Shown: piece after piece, positions 61,999-64,000 of the stretch
How positions within the stretch are numbered: position 1 is the stretch's first letter
Layout: each line of letters begins with the position of its first letter
Virus record (IMG/VR): IMGVR_UViG_2821954623_000003
DNA length: 64,000 nt
Strand: one strand, 5' to 3'
From: an uncultured virus (IMG/VR IMGVR_UViG_2821954623_000003)
Lineage: Duplodnaviria; Heunggongvirae; Uroviricota; Caudoviricetes
Translations under genes and position numbers: made by a program
The notes under the pieces: model-generated
Databases searched by the model: none
What the model was told of the DNA's origin: nothing
The model's input: only the letters and a program-made list of their open reading frames with translations

Positions 61999-62679
61999 AT
62001 GAAAAAATTAATTATTTCAGGTGTATGCGCAGCAGTATTCGGTACAACTTTTTTTGCAAATGATTCGTTTGCGGAGACACCAGGTAATAACACAAATCCA
62101 AGCATAAAAGCAGCAAGTGCTCAATCTAGTATCTTTATAGATGTACCTCAATCGCATTGGGCGTTTAAAGAGATTCAGTATATGGCTGACCATAAAATAA
62201 TGCAAGGATATGGTAATGGTTATTTCGGCGCTAAAGATAAAGTGACACGTGAGCAATTAGCAGCAACCATATATCGGACTATTAAAATTTGGAAAGATCC
62301 TTTAAACCAAACGCACCCTTTTAATGACATAGGTAATTCAATGTTCCAAAATGAGATTAAAGAATTATACGATAATGGAGTATTTGCTTATGTGGCGGAT
62401 GGGAAATTTTATCCTAGTCGTATATTAACTCGAGCGGAAGTTGCAGCTTCATTTAAAAATGCTTTTTGGTTAAATAAGAAGTTTGATCACCAATTTAACG
62501 ATATGCAAGGTCACTGGGCAAATGAAGCTGTGCAAATTTTATACAGTAACGGTATAACTAATGGTGTAGGTGATAATAATTTTGATCCAAATGGATCTGT
62601 AACGCGTGAACAACTTGCGGTATTCTTATATAGAGTTATTCCTGTTTCTTCAAGACCAATTCAAGATGGACTTAAATAA
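61999..62679 (+). CDS. Secreted protein composed of three SLH domains
   Basis: F.DV..HWA, VTREQ, LTRAE repeats. Confidence 0.88.
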   Translation: MKKLIISGVCAAVFGTTFFANDSFAETPGNNTNPSIKAASAQSSIFIDVPQSHWAFKEIQYMADHKIMQGYGNGYFGAKDKVTREQLAATIYRTIKIWKDPLNQTHPFNDIGNSMFQNEIKELYDNGVFAYVADGKFYPSRILTRAEVAASFKNAFWLNKKFDHQFNDMQGHWANEAVQILYSNGITNGVGDNNFDPNGSVTREQLAVFLYRVIPVSSRPIQDGLK

Positions 62680-62722
62680 AATAAACAGAAAAAGCCAACT
62701 TATATAAGTTGGCTTTTTCTTT

Positions 62723-62749
62723 GCAGGATTTTTTTTACCATCATGGAAT
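62723..62749 (+). promoter_or_regulatory. SigH-type promoter
   Basis: GCAGGATTT...GGAAT with AGGA-N17-GAAT spacing. Confidence 0.7.
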
Positions 62750-62776
62750 ACTCTCACTAGGAGGTGTTGTAACGTT

Positions 62777-63367
62777 ATGACGGACGAAATTGTTTATTCT
62801 GCTAGTGAAGTATACAAGCGATTAGGAATAAGTGATAGCACCCTTAGAAAGTACATGGAAGTATTATCACGCGAAGGATTCGCAGTAAAGAAAGATAATC
62901 GCGGCAGACGCCAATACACAGACAGTGACATTATGGTGATTGAGAAGTTAATTGAGCTAAGTAAGCATGACGGTATGACGCTAGAGAAGGCAGCGAAGAT
63001 GATTGTGCAGCAAATAGAAAAAGTTAATCCGGATCTGATTCAAGAAGAGGCTGAGGAAACGGATCTAGTGCCATTCCACATTAAAGAGCAATTACAGGAA
63101 CAGTACAGCGTTATGGCGCAAGAAATGAATCAAAGCATGCTAGCGATGGAGAAGCGATTAAGTGAGCAGGCCAAGCGAAGTAACGAGGAAATCAAAGCAA
63201 GTGTAGAATCGCATAATAAACGAGTGGAAAAACGATTGGAAGCACGAGACGAGACGCTTATGAAGACACTGCGTGAGATGCAGGAAACGAAGAGAATGAT
63301 GCAGGAATTTCGGGATGAGGTTGCTGCATCGAAAGAGAAGAAAAAGCCTTGGTGGCGGTTTTGGTGA
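62777..63367 (+). CDS. RacA-like/DUF3967-type protein (MerR-like HTH, coiled coil, amphipathic tail)
   Basis: YSASEVYKRLGISDSTLRKY...GRRQYT; long coiled coil; ends KKPWWRFW. Confidence 0.7.
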   Translation: MTDEIVYSASEVYKRLGISDSTLRKYMEVLSREGFAVKKDNRGRRQYTDSDIMVIEKLIELSKHDGMTLEKAAKMIVQQIEKVNPDLIQEEAEETDLVPFHIKEQLQEQYSVMAQEMNQSMLAMEKRLSEQAKRSNEEIKASVESHNKRVEKRLEARDETLMKTLREMQETKRMMQEFRDEVAASKEKKKPWWRFW

Positions 63368-63519
63368 GAACAAGAAATATATGAAGTAACCAATAAATTT
63401 GCATAAAATCAATGGTTTGAAAGTCTAATGTCGCAAAATTATCTTTCAAAATAACTTGTATATTTTGTTATAATCAACCCAGGATATATAATACTGGTTA
63501 ATCGAAAAGAGGGATAATA

Positions 63520-63693
63520 ATGAAACAAGTAACTCTCCATCAATTGCACAAAGATCATAATAAACGAATAGCAGAATTTCATAAAAAAAACGAAATTAAA
63601 ATTCAACGTGGTGAAAATGGGAACGGTTTGTTAGCTAAATGGGAAAGATTTTTCTATAACAAGGTGATTTCCCCTCTAAAGAATGTTAAATAA
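63520..63693 (+). CDS. Small basic protein (57 aa)
   Basis: AAGAGGG RBS. Confidence 0.5.
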   Translation: MKQVTLHQLHKDHNKRIAEFHKKNEIKIQRGENGNGLLAKWERFFYNKVISPLKNVK

Positions 63694-63809
63694 TAAAAGA
63701 AAAGCAGGAGTGTTTTGGTTTCCTGCTTAAAATAAAAAAGATACATTTATCTTTAGATACATAACAGCAGATAAAACAGAAGCATCCTCAAAACAAGGAT
63801 ACTTCTGTT

Positions 63810-63998
63810 TTATTTATTCTCTAACGTCTCATAGAGGCGCTTATACATGTCTTTATATGCTCTAGAATGTCGGTTGACTAATTGAGAATCTACATAATGC
63901 TCAACTAGCATGTCAATGATGTTGTTAATTGATGTTTTATCCATACCTTCTTGTTCCTGTATAAATGGTTTAAGGGTATTTAGCTTTAGTAAAACAGC
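63810..63998 (-). CDS. 3' end of a probable ribbon-helix-helix plasmid partition protein (truncated by the window edge)
   Basis: AVLLKLNTLK...SINNIIDMLVEHYV two-helix pattern; terminator at 63774-63811. Confidence 0.45.
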   Translation of the reverse strand, partial: AVLLKLNTLKPFIQEQEGMDKTSINNIIDMLVEHYVDSQLVNRHSRAYKDMYKRLYETLENK

Positions 63999-64000
63999 AG

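Overview
AT-rich temperate siphophage genome of the Bacillus cereus group, nearly complete and probably a plasmid-type prophage. No integrase is visible, but there is a small serine resolvase, a RacA-like gene and the end of a probable ribbon-helix-helix partition gene. Layout: (1) 1-12.1 kb, an accessory cassette array of lipoprotein, secreted and sporulation genes punctuated by nine co-oriented copies of a promoter/hairpin/terminator repeat, with three tandem Spo0A-box modules; (2) 12.4-16.3 kb, a defence-like island (OLD-type ABC-ATPase/TOPRIM, Dam-type methylase, HEPN protein); (3) an arbitrium locus (aimR, unannotated aimP, aimX-like ORF) and a cI/cro switch; (4) replication/recombination genes, a cytosine methylase with a second subunit nested in an alternative frame, and many short ORF-less promoter-hairpin-terminator units, several with sporulation sigma-factor promoters; (5) packaging, head and tail genes, with the terminase large subunit split by a group I intron (34711-35682) that encodes a GIY-YIG endonuclease; (6) holin, endolysin, an SOS-regulated UvrX/YolD pair, an FtsK/Replic_Relax/pilin-like trio and a SigH-driven RacA-like gene. 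All family assignments come from motif recognition by eye; no database searches were run.
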